From Octopus sinensis (taxonomy: Eukaryota): DNA of 64,000 nucleotides. Positions within the stretch are counted from its first letter, which is position 1. Each line of letters starts with the position of its first letter. Below the pieces are notes generated by a model that worked only from the letters and a program-made list of their open reading frames with translations, was not told where the DNA came from and searched no databases. The translations under genes and the position numbers were made by a program. The stretch is from contig NC_043009.1 of NCBI RefSeq assembly GCF_006345805.1, forward strand, positions 18,662,001 to 18,726,000, in the 5' to 3' direction. Shown piece by piece: positions 1 to 11,890 of the stretch.

Positions 1-109
1 AGAGAACCTGAGAGGTGGAGGAATCACACTTCGTTCATTATACTACAAGCTATTTCAGCCTTTGTGTATTTTTTTAATCCTCTTCCATGATACATCAGTA
101 AAAATAAGG

Positions 110-3100
110 ATGGGTAGCGATACCATCAGACCTTTCTGTGGTGAGAGAGATACTATTATCTGGATTTGGAAGATCAAGGTGGTAGCCAGGCTGCAAAGCA
201 ATGAAGATGTTGCTACAGCCTGGCCAGAGTCTCATGGCTCTGGATTTGGAGGGAAATGCATTGGCTATACCTCAAAATGGACAAAACAGACCAACTGGAT
301 ATGGAGAAGATTGAACAGTGCTTAAAGGAACCTTTTTACAGAAGGATCATATGCTGTGGTCACCAAGCTAGGAAAGTTCAGGTGGACAGGCAAACAGGTG
401 GAGATGTATGCAGCAGAAATTCAGAGACTGGCCATGCTCTCTAGTTTTACCAGAGAGGGATTAGAAAAGGTGGCATGGTTGTCACTGATGAACATTTTTT
501 CTGATAAGATATCAGTGCATCTGCAATAACTGCCAGGCAGTGAGAAGACGTCAATGAGCAAACATATCACTCAAACCCATGTGTTGAGACTGTAGTGTCT
601 GCTGCAGAGGTCATAGGTCACCTGAAGAAGTTCAGGCTAACCACAAAACTACCAGAGCCAATGGTTGGAAGAGCTGCACTGGGGCTCAAGCTACAAAGGG
701 ACAAGATAGGTGTGTTGGTAGAGGAAATGAGATTCTGGAACTGGGTACAAGAACTATTCTCAATGTGTGGGAGACTAGTGGATCACAATCCAATCGTGGA
801 GTGGCTTCAAACAGCATGCAGCTCTGTCAAGAGATGAGTGAATGGGGCAAGATGAGAAGACAAAATGGGAAAGAGGACAGTGGCAATGATGCAGGAGTTC
901 CTAGAGAGGGTAAGAACAAAAGACCCAGTCAGAGGAAGCTGGTATGCACCTAAATTGGAGAATGAGACTATAGTAGTCTGTGGACTGTAGCTAAAATAGT
1001 TGAATGATTTATCTTGCAAGAAGTTTTATAGAGCAATCTCCATTTAATAAGTTTCTCAAAACACCTACATCATGAGAAGTAATTCTTAATTATTCAAGAA
1101 GCTTCGTGCTTCTCTTGGAAGTTTCTAGAATGTCTAGTGTTCCATTAATGAAATCAGCTTGCTTGCCCTGCTATTTGCTACAAGTCGACTAGACTGGCAG
1201 GAGAAGGCTTTGCATGGTAGATTCCTAAAGATAGTCACAACAAATAGTAATAGTGAGACATGGTTATGGTTGCAGGAAGGAAGGCTGAAGAGGGAATCAG
1301 AAAGTTTGTTAGTAACAGCACAAGATCAATCATTAAGAACTAATAGGATAAAAGCCAAGAAGAAGAAGAAATTTAAGAACTACACATTTATGACATAAAA
1401 ATATATTTTATTCATTGGTTACTGATGAAATATAATCAAAATGTAGAACCTAGTTGAATGAAATAATCTATGCAAGAAAATTCAGAAATGTAGAAATAAC
1501 AGCTAAGTGGTGGTTTTCAGTCATATGGTGTAGAGAAATAGACAGGCATAGCAACAACATGAATGGCTCGGAGTCTAGTCGACTAGACTCTGAGCAGGGC
1601 AAGTAAGCTATTTTTATTAATGGCACACTAGACATTCTAGAAACTTCCAAGAGAAATGCGAAGCCTCTTGAATAATTAAGAATTACTTCTCATGACGTAG
1701 GTGTTTTGAAAAACTTATTCAAAGGAGATTACTCTATAAAACTTCTTGCAAGATAGATCATTCAACTATTTTAGCTATAGACCACAGTCTACTACAAGAC
1801 CATATGGTGTGATGCTAGCAACATAGTGATAGGGGTTGTCCTGGAAATTGGAGATATCAAAGTGGAGGACACAGACTGGCTCAGAAAAGCAGATGATCAC
1901 AACCCCATCAACATAGCTGAATTGGGGACACTGTGCTGAAGGGTATGAATCTGGCTCCAAGATGGAAGCTGCATACTATCAAACTGATTCAGTTGCTGTG
2001 CTTGGATGGATGGGATCAGTGATCACTGATAAAAAGAAGGTTTGAACCAAAGGGGCTGCAGAGATGTTAGTAAAACGTTGCCTAGGTGTTTTGGGAGAGC
2101 TAGCAGCTGAATCTAGTTTGAAGCTGAGCATGGTCTTTGTGCCCTCGGAAAGGAATAAGGCAGACATTCTAACCATGGTGAAAAAGGCCTGGTTGGTGGT
2201 GCTGGAAGATTCAGAGCCGGGGATAGCTGCAGTGTGTTGATTAGGTGACTCAGAACTAAAGAGACTGCACACCATGCATCATATGGGCATGGATAGAACC
2301 CTGTATCATGCCAGGAAAGTTGACTCTGAAGTTACTGGGCAGAGCAAGCAGAGCATTTAAAAAGTAGTTGAGATCTGTAACAGGTATCAATCCATCCACC
2401 CTGCTCTGGGTGTGCACATGTCGAGAAACATCACAGTAGAACAAAACTGGAAACGATTGGCAGTGAATATGACACACTTGCAATATCTCTTGATGGTTGT
2501 CTGTGGATCAGGTTGGATGTCAATATGGAGGGAAATTAAGATGGGCACTGCGGATGAGGTTGCACAATTCCTGAACAAGATATTCCTGGAGCGGGGCCCT
2601 GTGGACAAATTGCTGATGGACAATGGCACTGCATTTCATTTGGAGGTGCTTAATAAGTGGATAGTGCACTGCTTCTTCAGAGCAGCATACAGGCCGAGTG
2701 GAAATGGAATTGTGGAAAGACACCATCACATGATCAAGGCCATGGCAGAAAGGGGATGCATCTCACCACAAGAGGTGGTATTTTGGTACAAAATGTCACT
2801 TTAATCAGGAAAAGCCAAGCAGTCAGTGCCACACAGAGCAATATTTAGGTATGAATGGTGGTACCTATCACAGTGCCCTACAGGAGAGAAAGAACCTGCC
2901 TTTGTGCAGGTAGGAGATGAATTCTGGGTCAAGCCTACAAAGGCACACTGCACATCTCAGTGGAATAAGGAGACAGTGATGGTTGTTAATTCCAAAACTA
3001 ATGTCTCTGTAGATGGAATGTCACATCATGTCTTGGATGTTCACAGAATTGTTGGTGGAGGAGAGGAAGTGAGTGGAGCACCGTACTTGCAGAGATCACA

Positions 3101-3380
3101 GTGAGTGAGACATCTGCCTAGGTGAATGGCAGATTTCAACATGGAGTGGAGTGAGGAGGTGATCTTTGAGATTAGGTGTGCATGTGTGTGGACGAGGGGA
3201 ACTGGGAGTAAAGGTGTCAGTAACTTCACCAGCTGAAGGGCCCTACTGGAGGAGAAGGACTGAGGGAGGTCACGTGGGTAGAAGTATGACCAACATAGGC
3301 CTCTTTGCTTCAGGGCAATTGAGGCAGATGGACATGTGTGAATGTACAGGCCAGAGAGGAAAATTTGCCGGTAGGTTCTG
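110..3380 (+). mobile_element. Degenerate Ty3/Gypsy-like LTR retrotransposon internal region: gag (~110-585), RT C-terminus, RNase H and integrase; internally deleted and interrupted by a TIR element at 969-1797
   Basis: Translated fragments: gag-like MGSDTIRPFCGE..LYLKMDKTDQLDMEKIEQCLKE; RT end VSAAEVIGHLKKF; RNase H WCDASNIVIGV..HNPINIAEL..KTDS..NKAD; integrase zinc-binding HTMHHMGMDRT..C and core WKRLAVNMTH..MDNGTAF..PSGNGIVERHH (ORF 2412-2804); C-terminal VGDEFWVKP. Many stops and frameshifts. LTRs not confidently located. Confidence 0.88.
969..1797. mobile_element. Fold-back/TIR non-autonomous element with ~200-bp inverted arms carrying an R4-like LINE fragment
   Basis: 969-1172 is the reverse complement of 1593-1797 (about 90% by eye). 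Removing it restores the Gypsy reading E-N-E-T-I-W-C-D-A-S, with GAC duplicated (966-968 and 1798-1800). The interior at 1193-1370 encodes DWQEKALHGRF..WLQEGRLKRESESLLVTAQDQSLRTN. Confidence 0.85.
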
Positions 3381-3877
3381 ACTGGGTGGCTTGGAGCCTG
3401 GTACAGCTATGTTGTAAAACAGGAATAGAATTGTGATATAATGTTCAGAATTGAGGTACAATATTCTAAAGAGTTCTAGTATAATGTTCAACTGAAATAT
3501 GTTTTAATGTTCAATCAAATTATTGTGTAATGCAGTGGTAAATTGTTGATTAATGTTTTGTGACAATTTCCTACTGAAATCTGGAATAATTTTCTACTGA
3601 ACTATGGTAGAATGTTAAATAAGATTCTGATGTAAATTTTAAATGTATTGTCGTAAATAGTTCTTCTAAATTGTAGAATAAAGTTACCAAGAATTGTGCT
3701 ATAAAATTCTATAGCACTGTGTTATGATTTTTTACTGAATTGTGCTAAACATAACACTGAATTTTAAAATATTTAACTAAATTACAGAATAAAGCTTTAC
3801 TGAATTTCAGTACATTGTGCTGCAGGGGAACTGTGATATCCCATTGAACAGAATTGGCTATAGTATTTTCTCTTTTT

Positions 3878-4281
3878 TCCCTTTTACTTGTTTCAGTCAT
3901 TTGACTGCGGCCATGCTGGAGTACTACCTTTAGTTGAGCAAATCGACCCCAGGACTTACTCTTTGGAAGCCTAGTACTTATTCTATCGGTCTATTATGCT
4001 GAACCGCTAAGTTACAGGGACATAAACACACCACCATCAGTTGTCAAGTGATGTTGGGGGGACAATCACAGACACACAAACATATACACACACATACATA
4101 TATATATACATATATATGACAGATTTCTTTCAGTTTCTGTCTACCAAATCCACTCACAAGACTTTGGTCGTCCCAAGGCTATAGTAGAAGACACTTGCCC
4201 AAGGTGCCACGCAGTGGGAATGAACCCAGAACCATGTGGTTGGTAAGCAAGCTACTTACCACACAGTACTCCTGCACCTAT
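3878..4281 (-). mobile_element. Full-length tRNA-derived SINE (octopus type)
   Basis: Reverse complement of the 5418-5830 copy, with Pol III A-box-like and B-box-like (GGTTCATTCCC) motifs in the head and an internal (CA/TA)n microsatellite. Confidence 0.9.
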
Positions 4282-5417
4282 AGTCATTTTATGAGTTTTG
4301 CTATCATATTAAATGAAATTAAGGCATAATGTCTAATGAAATGTGGTATGATAATTGAAGTATAGTGTTAAAAGTATTTGTGCTCAATAATATGCTACAC
4401 TTTTCTAATGAATTGTGGAATAATGTGTTATAGAATTGTGATGTAATTTTCAAATAGATTGTGGTAAAATATACTACACTGTTAGAATCTGTAACAGAAT
4501 TGGAGAAGAAATTCAGGTATGGAAAGGATTGGGAAGTAATTCCATTCACTATACCAAGTGTAAGCTAAGGACACATAAGAGATGCAGTGAAATCACATGT
4601 AAATTAACAGATAAGGTCACCTTCATGTGTGGCAGATGTAAAGGAACAATAAGCACTAAGGACACACAAGCATTAGACTCTATCAAATGCCCAGGAGACT
4701 CTCTTGACATAGTAGATAGTTTCCGTCACTTAGGTAACCAAATTAGCAATGGGGGTGGATGCTCTGAAACTATTGTTTCTAGAATATGAATAGCATGGAG
4801 AAAGTTCAGAGCGGTACTACCGCTGTTGGCAACAAAAGAACCCTCAGAGTGAAAGGTAGATTGCATGATGCTTGTGTATAAACAGTAATACTCCATGGTA
4901 GTGAGACATAGGCTCTGAATGTAGAGGACATGCATACAAGAGAGGAATGAAGGCAGTATGCTCTGATGGATGCACAGTATCAATGTGCATGAACAACAAA
5001 GCAGTGTTGAGAGAAAAGTTGGGCATGAGAGGAATCAAATGCAGGATGCAAGAGAGGCGACTACATTGGTTTGGATATGTGATGTGTATGAATAATGACA
5101 GCTGTATAAAGAAGTGCTGGTCACTGAAAGTGCCTGGTACGCATTGAAGAGGGAGACCCAGGAAGACATAAGATGAAGTGGTGAGGACCAATCTCAGGAT
5201 GTTGGGCTCAAGGAGGAAATGACAATGGACTGAGATATCTGGTGATATGAGGTTCTAGAGAAGACTCACCCACGTCAGCAAACCTGAGTTCTAGAAGTAT
5301 TGTGTTCCACCCACATGCAAAAATAAAATTTTAACACACCCTACCCCAACAAAGCAAACAACATCCCCCTTACCCAAGCTGTTTCTCTTCTCTTCCTCAC
5401 ATTTTCTTTTTATAAAC

Positions 5418-5596
5418 TAGGCATAGGAGTGGCTGTGTGGTAAGTAGCTTGCTTACAAACCACATGGTTCCAGGTTCAGTCCCACTGCGTGGCACCTTGG
5501 GCAAGTGTCTTCTACTATAACATTGGGCCGACCAAAGCCTTGTGAGTGGATATGGTAGACGGAAACTGAAAGAAGCCCGTTGTATATATGTGTGTG

Positions 5597-5636
<40 letters not shown>

Positions 5637-5830
5637 TGTTTGTCCCCCCAACATCGCTTGACAACTGATGGTGGTGTGTTTATGTCCTCGTAACTTAGCT
5701 GTTCGGCAAAAGAGACCGATAGAATAAGTACTAGGCTTACAAAGAATAAGTCCTGGGGTCGATTTGCTCAACTAAAGGTGGTGCTCCAGCATGGCCACAG
5801 TCAAATGACTGAAACAAGTAAAAGAGTAAG
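5418..5830 (+). mobile_element. Full-length tRNA-derived SINE (octopus type)
   Basis: Head taggcataggagTGGCTGTGTGG..GGTTCAGTCCC, internal (TG)n, 3' end gaaacaagtaaaagag. Several other copies in the window. Confidence 0.9.
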
Positions 5831-6099
5831 GAGTCATCTCCTACTCCCCAATCCAGTCTTCACTATCCCTGCTCAGTATATTGTTGGTTCCCCATCCCTC
5901 CTCCTCTTTGTACCCAGATTCTCACCAGCCACAGCATTCCCCACCCCCACTCCCTACTCACAACGTCTTGGTAATACCCTGCCACCATTCATCTCTCTCT
6001 TCCTTAATCTACAATCCCATCTGTGCCCTGATCCCCATTCCTTGCGAGTATACCCTGACATTTACCATCATCCCTCTCCTGCTCTTGCTGTCTCCTTCT

Positions 6100-6629
6100 C
6101 TCTCTCTCTCTCTCTTCCCTCTCGCTGAGTAACCATGTCCCTCCTCTTCAGCAACAAACCTGTCTCTGCCCTCATTCTTGATCACTCTCACTCTCCCCCC
6201 TTTTATTGCTCTTACCTCTGGCTAGGTAACCATGTATCTCTTGTACAGCAGCACATCATTCTTGTTAACTCATATTCTTTCTCTCTCTCTCTCTTCCCTC
6301 TCGCTGAGTAACCATGTCCCTCCTCTTCAGCAACAAACCTGTCTCTGCCCTCATTCTTGTTAACTCATATTCTTTCTCTCTCTCTCTCTCTCTTCCCTCT
6401 CGCTGAGTAACCATGTCCCTCCTCTTCAGCAACAAACCTGTCTCTGCCCTCATTCTTGATCACTCTCACTCTCCCCCCTTTTATTGCTCTTACCTCTGGC
6501 TAGGTAACCATGTATCTCTTGTACAGCAGCACATCACTTTCTTGTTAACTCTCCTTCTCTCACTAGGTAACCATGTCCTTCCTCTTCAGCAGCAAACCTG
6601 TCTCTGCCCTCATTCTTGTTAACTCATAT

Positions 6630-6700
<71 letters not shown>

Positions 6701-6740
6701 GGGTAACCATGTACCTCCTCTACAGCAACACACCCGTTTC
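6100..6740 (+). repeat. Pyrimidine-rich tandem repeat array with (CT)n spacers inside the RTE 3'UTR
   Basis: About seven copies of gtaaccatgt..cagcaacaaacctgtctc; block 6100-6270 is duplicated at about 6385-6545. Confidence 0.85.
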
Positions 6741-7558
6741 TGTCTCCCTGTCTTACTCTAACCTTTCATCTTCTGACACAAGACCACCTCCAGTGCCCCC
6801 TCCCCTCTCAAAGATGGCTTGTCTTGCAAAGTTACTTGGTGACCCCGCCAGGGTAGGTGCCACTTAAAAAAGCACCTAGTTCATACTGTGAAAACCATGC
6901 CAACTTGTAGAATATCTTATTCATAAATTTTGATGATATATTATGGTATAATGTTCCCCTAACTTGTGTAGTATTCAATTGAATTCCAGTATAATTTTCA
7001 AATGTACTGTTGTAAATTTCAAAGTGAATTCTTGTACAAATTTCAATGCAGTCATACACATACATATACATTTGTTCATTGATGGAGTAAATTACAAAAA
7101 AGAAAAAAATGTAAATACTGACTCGAGTTACAGGACCCCTTAAAGCAGGGAATCTAATTGGCTGAAAATCACATTTTCTATCATAAATTCTGGTATAAAT
7201 TTCATAAATTCCTACTGAATTGTGTTATAATATATCAAAGTCACAATATAATATTCAATTTAATTTCAGTATAATTTTCTATCTAATTGTGATATAATAT
7301 TCTATTTAATTGTAGAATTATATGAAATAGAAGTATGGTATAAGTTTCTAATGAACCGTGATGTAATATTCTGCTGAGTTGTGGTATAATGTTGAATAGG
7401 TTTTTGGTACAACATCCTAACTGTCATATGATATTCTACTGAATTGTGCTACAATGTTCAAATAAATAGTGGTATGATCTTCTACTGAATTGTGTTAATT
7501 ATCTATATAATTGTCATATAATATTCGACAGATCTATCATACAGATTTAAAAGGATTT

Positions 7559-8530
7559 CATCATCATCATCATCATCATCATCGTATAATGTCTGTTTTC
7601 CATGCTGGCATGGGTTGGACGGTTTGACTGGGGACTGGCAAGCCAGAAAGCCACACCAGGCTCCAATTCGATCAAGCAATGTTTCTACATCTGCCTGCCT
7701 TTCCTAACACCAACCACTCCGAGAGTGTAGTGAGTGCTTTTTACGTGTCACCAGCATGAGAGCCAATCAAGTAGCACTGGCATCAGCCACATTCGGTTGG
7801 TGCTTTTTACAGGCCACCAGCACAGGAGCCAGTCAGGGCGGGGGCTGGCATTGACCACATTCGGATGCTGCTTTTTATGTGCCACCGGCATGGGGAGCCA
7901 GTCATGGGGAGCATGGCAATGACCCATGCATGAATGGTGCTTATTGCGTGCCGCCAGCACTGGTATCGGCCACAACTACAATTTCCATTTGATTTTGATT
8001 TACTTGACACAATAGGTCTCCTCAAGCATGGCATGTCACCCAATGAGTCAAAGGTACTTTTTAAATGGGTTGGTTATGTGACACTGGTGTAGGCTACGGC
8101 TGTGGTCTCATTTTCCTTGCTGGGTCTTCTCAATCACAGCATATCTCCAGAGGTCTTGCTCTTTTGTCATTGCACCTGTGAGGCCCAGCATTCAAAGGTC
8201 ATGCTTCACCACCTCATCCCATGTCTTCTTGGGTCTCCCTCTTCCATGGATTCCTTCCACTGTTAAGGAGTGACACTTCTTCACACAGCTCTCCTCATCC
8301 ATACGTAGCACGTGACCATACCAGTGCAGTCGTCTCTCATGCTTCTTATGTCCAACATTTCTCTCAGGATGCTTACACTCTGCTATGTGTGCACACTGAC
8401 ATTAAACATCCAGCGGATCATACTAGATTCATTTCTTTCGAGCCTATGCATGTCTTCAGCAGTCATGGCCCATGTTTCACTGCCGTGTAGCATGGCAGTT
8501 CACACACATGCATCATACAGGTACAATTAT
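7559..8530 (-). mobile_element. RTE LINE 3' fragment (thumb, 3'UTR, (GAT)n tail)
   Basis: (CAT)n on the + strand followed by the RTE 3'UTR signature ttttccatgctggcatgggttggac; minus-strand C-terminal coding remnant matching the other RTE copies. Confidence 0.85.
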
Positions 8531-8606
8531 CCTATTGACTAGCAGCATAATATACAATATAATTTTCTGCTATAGTTTTCTACTGAATTGAGGTACATTA
8601 CGTTAA

Positions 8607-9089
8607 CCCTCCAGGGGCCGGTGGGGTTGGAATTGAGGTCCCCTCTTATTTTTGCATAGTTTCACACTATCCATAAAGTAATATTCGTTTAATCTTGTAT
8701 CTATGTGTGAGTGTATGATTCAGAATAAGAAATTTAGTGCATTTTTTTATAGTTTTATAAACTATACATATAGCACTAAATACAAAATAAAACAAAATTA
8801 TTTAGTGTATTGATTCACACCAGTACTAATACAAAGAAAATTGACTTATAGTTCATCAGAATATCTTACAAAAGAACAGAAAAAATAATTTCACAGAAGG
8901 CCAATGGGCTCCAGTTGGGCCAATGACCATATTTTATGCTATAACATCCAGATGACTGGAAAGTTTTAACACTTAAAATATTGATGATAAAAGTCATGAG
9001 ATATAAAATCATTTAAATAAAAAATGTAAAAGTTGCATAACTTTTAAAAGTTGCTGGGGTCCCAAAGGATCCTGCCAGCCCATGAAAAG
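8607..9089. mobile_element. piggyBac-type MITE (TTAA-flanked, degenerate TIRs)
   Basis: TTAA at 8603-8606 and 9090-9093. Ends ccctccaggggccggtgggg / cctgccagcccatgaaaag are imperfect inverted repeats. Removal restores the satellite motif gttaaacagaatt seen near 10036. Confidence 0.6.
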
Positions 9090-9289
9090 TTAAACAGAAT
9101 TTTGGTTTACTGATCTAATAAATGGTATTATAATCTTTGAGGGAATTGTGGTAAAATTTTTGACTGAAATATGGTATATTTTCCAGAATTATGGTTAAGG
9201 AATCTATTGAAATTTGATTGTGGAATAAATTCTTAGTGAATTTTTATATAAAGTTCTGCCAAATTATGGTACAATACTGGTTTCAAATT

Positions 9290-9447
9290 TTGGCACAAGG
9301 CCAGCAATTTCAGTTGGGGGGGGATAATTCAATTATATCAACCCCAGTACTCAACTAGTACTTATTTCCTCAACCCCAAAGGGATGAAAGGCAAAGTTAA
9401 CCTCAGCAGAATTTGAACTCAGAATGTAAAGCATTTTGCCAGCTTGC
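9290..9447 (-). mobile_element. Degenerate SINE with a MetaSINE-like central domain
   Basis: Reverse complement reads ..gcctttcatccctttggggttgaggaaataagtactagttgagtactgggg.., resembling the Meta domain as recalled (no search done). Confidence 0.55.
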
Positions 9448-11570
9448 TGTTTTAAATGATGGTATAATATTGACAATATTGCAGTGTGATTTTGTAATAA
9501 ATTATAGTATAACAATCTTCTGAATTGTGGTATGATATGAAAGAGTATTATGGTAAAATTTTATACCAATTTTTGAATTGTGGTATAAAGTTATGTTGAC
9601 TTATTGTACAATGATAAACAGAGTTTTGAGATAATGTTTTACACAAGTGTGTTTTAACAGTCTTCAGGTTTGTGTTACAATATTATATTGTGATTCCACT
9701 GAATTGCAGTATTTTTTCTGCAAAATTGTGGTAAAAGTCTCAGATGGATTCTATTCTATTCAAATGAATATTGGTTAAATGGATAACTGGATTGTGGAGT
9801 TACATTCCACCAACCTGTAATATAATATTCCACTAACCTGCAATATAATATTTAAGAGAATTGTCGTTTAAGTTGTGGTGTAATGCTTCAATGAAATTTG
9901 ATGTATATTTCTGCTGTATCATGAAATGATCTTCTACTGAATTATGGCATCATTTTGCTCTGAATTCTTGTATAATTTTGTGTTAAAGTTCAACTGAATA
10001 GTAGTAGAGTGTTCTGGTGAAATGGGGACATAATGTTAAACAGAATTGTGGTATAAGTTTCAACCAAAATTTTGCTGTTATCTTACTGGATAGTGACATA
10101 ATATTCTATGGAGTTGAGTAGATTTTTCTACTGATTTGTCATATGGCAATGTGATATAGTGTTCCATTATCCATGTCCTCTCTTATGCTCACCTTCTTGT
10201 TCCTTGAGAGTTTATTCTAGCACCCCCGTCACTTCCTTCCTCTTATCTCCTTCAGTCATATATCTCATCTATAAGCAAGACACCTCCACCTTCCCCTCCC
10301 AAATACTTCCTCTTAGTAGAGCTTGCTCTTTTTCTTTTTTCTCTGTTCTTTTCTATCTTGCAAGATATATAGTAACATCACAATGGCACAATATTCAACT
10401 CAGTGGTGCAATGATATACAAACGTTTTGAATGTGGTATAACTTTCTGTTGAACTGTGTTATAATAATATATTCAATTGTGGTATAATGTTTTACTGAAT
10501 TCTAGTGCAATATTATACTGAATTGTGACATATTGTACCACTTAATTTTGATGAAATATGCAACTATTTTGTGTTTTTCTGGCTTATGGTATAAACAGAA
10601 TAAATGTGGTATAATGTTACAAGAAATTGTCGTATAATTTTTGGATAGTCTTTATAGAATTTTAGGATAATGTCAAACAGAAATGTGGTAGAATATTCTG
10701 TATCATTGTGAGCAAAATCCTGTATCATGTTAAACAAAATTACAGTATACTATTCTACTGATTTGTGGAATCATATTCAATGGAAAAGTTATATTATTTT
10801 TCTACTGATTTATGGTATAATGTTTCACTTAATTGTTGTAAAGAATAGTCAGTCATAAATGGTTCAAATGTATTTGCTATAATATTCAAATGAATTATGG
10901 AATATTGTTCAAATGTATTGTGGTATAACATTCAAGTGAATTGTGGTATAAAGTTCACATCAATTGTGATAGAACAGCCTATTAAACTGCCATATAATGT
11001 GCCATTGAATTGTAATATATTTTAGAGAATTGTGCTTTACTTATCTACTGAGTTGTGGCATAATGTTTTACATAATTCTGGTATAGTATTCTACTGAATT
11101 TTGGTATAATGTTTGAATGAATTATAATGTTTTACTGAATTGTGATATGTTCTACTGAATTCTAGCATGATATTATATTGAATAGTGAGATTAACTTGAT
11201 AGTCTAGTAATCTGCAATATTATGTTAAGATAGAATTTTAGTGTATGTGATATAATGTTTTAAAAAAATTTGGTATAAAATTCTACTCAGCTGTGGTAGA
11301 TATTTCAAATGAACTGTGGTACAATATTCCACTAAAATATAAATGATGTTCCACTAAATTGTGGTATGAAAAGAGAAGTTTCAATGTTAATATGTTGTGG
11401 TTAAATACAGTTAGGAAAGAATACTGTAATATGCACAGTAAAACATATACAACTGATCCTGAAACTTTCACCATAGCTATAAGCAAAGTGCATCATGGGA
11501 AGGTATCTGGAAGTGACTAAAAGCTGCATTCTGATAAAAGAAGCTGACATTTTACAAAAAACCACTTTTG

Positions 11571-11890
11571 TCATCATCATCATTTAACATCCACCCTCCA
11601 TGCTGGCATGGGTTTGACAGTTTGATAGAAGCTGGCCTGCCAGAAGCCTGCGCCAACAGATCTCTGTGTCTGTTTTGGCAGGGTTTTTATGGCTGGATGC
11701 TCTTCCTAACACTAACCACTCAGCAGAGTGGACTGCGTGCTTTATACATTGGCACAAGCATAGGCAAGATCAGCTTTGGCAAGGTTTTTACAGCTGCATG
11801 CCCTTCCAAACACTAACCACTTTACAGTGTGGACTGGATGCTTTTTAAGTGGCACCTGCACTGACAGGGTCACCAAGTAACTTGCAAGAC
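11571..11890 (-). mobile_element. RTE LINE 3'UTR-only fragment
   Basis: (CAT)n followed by ttaacatccaccctccatgctggcatgggtttgac; duplicated internal motif. Confidence 0.8.

Larger units (their letters stand above)
4520..6900 (+). mobile_element. 5'-truncated RTE-clade LINE (PHD-like finger, RT thumb, 3'UTR), interrupted by a SINE
   Basis: Fragments CKLRTHKRC..FMCGRC, VDSFRHLGNQIS..SRI and MQERRLHWFGYV match the near-full copy at 41066-44310. The 3'UTR signature ggtgccacttaaaaaagcacc is at ~6858. Confidence 0.85.
3400..11480. repeat. Degenerate ~22-24-bp AT-rich satellite (consensus roughly CTACTGAATTGTGGTATAATGTT) forming the scaffold between TEs
   Basis: The motif tactgaatt..gtataat recurs dozens of times in 3400-3840, 4290-4520, 6900-7550, 8530-8600 and 9100-11480. 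Confidence 0.75.

Noticed and set aside
6100-6740. Repeat-spacer appearance resembling a CRISPR array
   Set aside because: Eukaryotic LINE 3'UTR context, spacers are (CT)n or duplicated rather than unique, and there are no cas genes.
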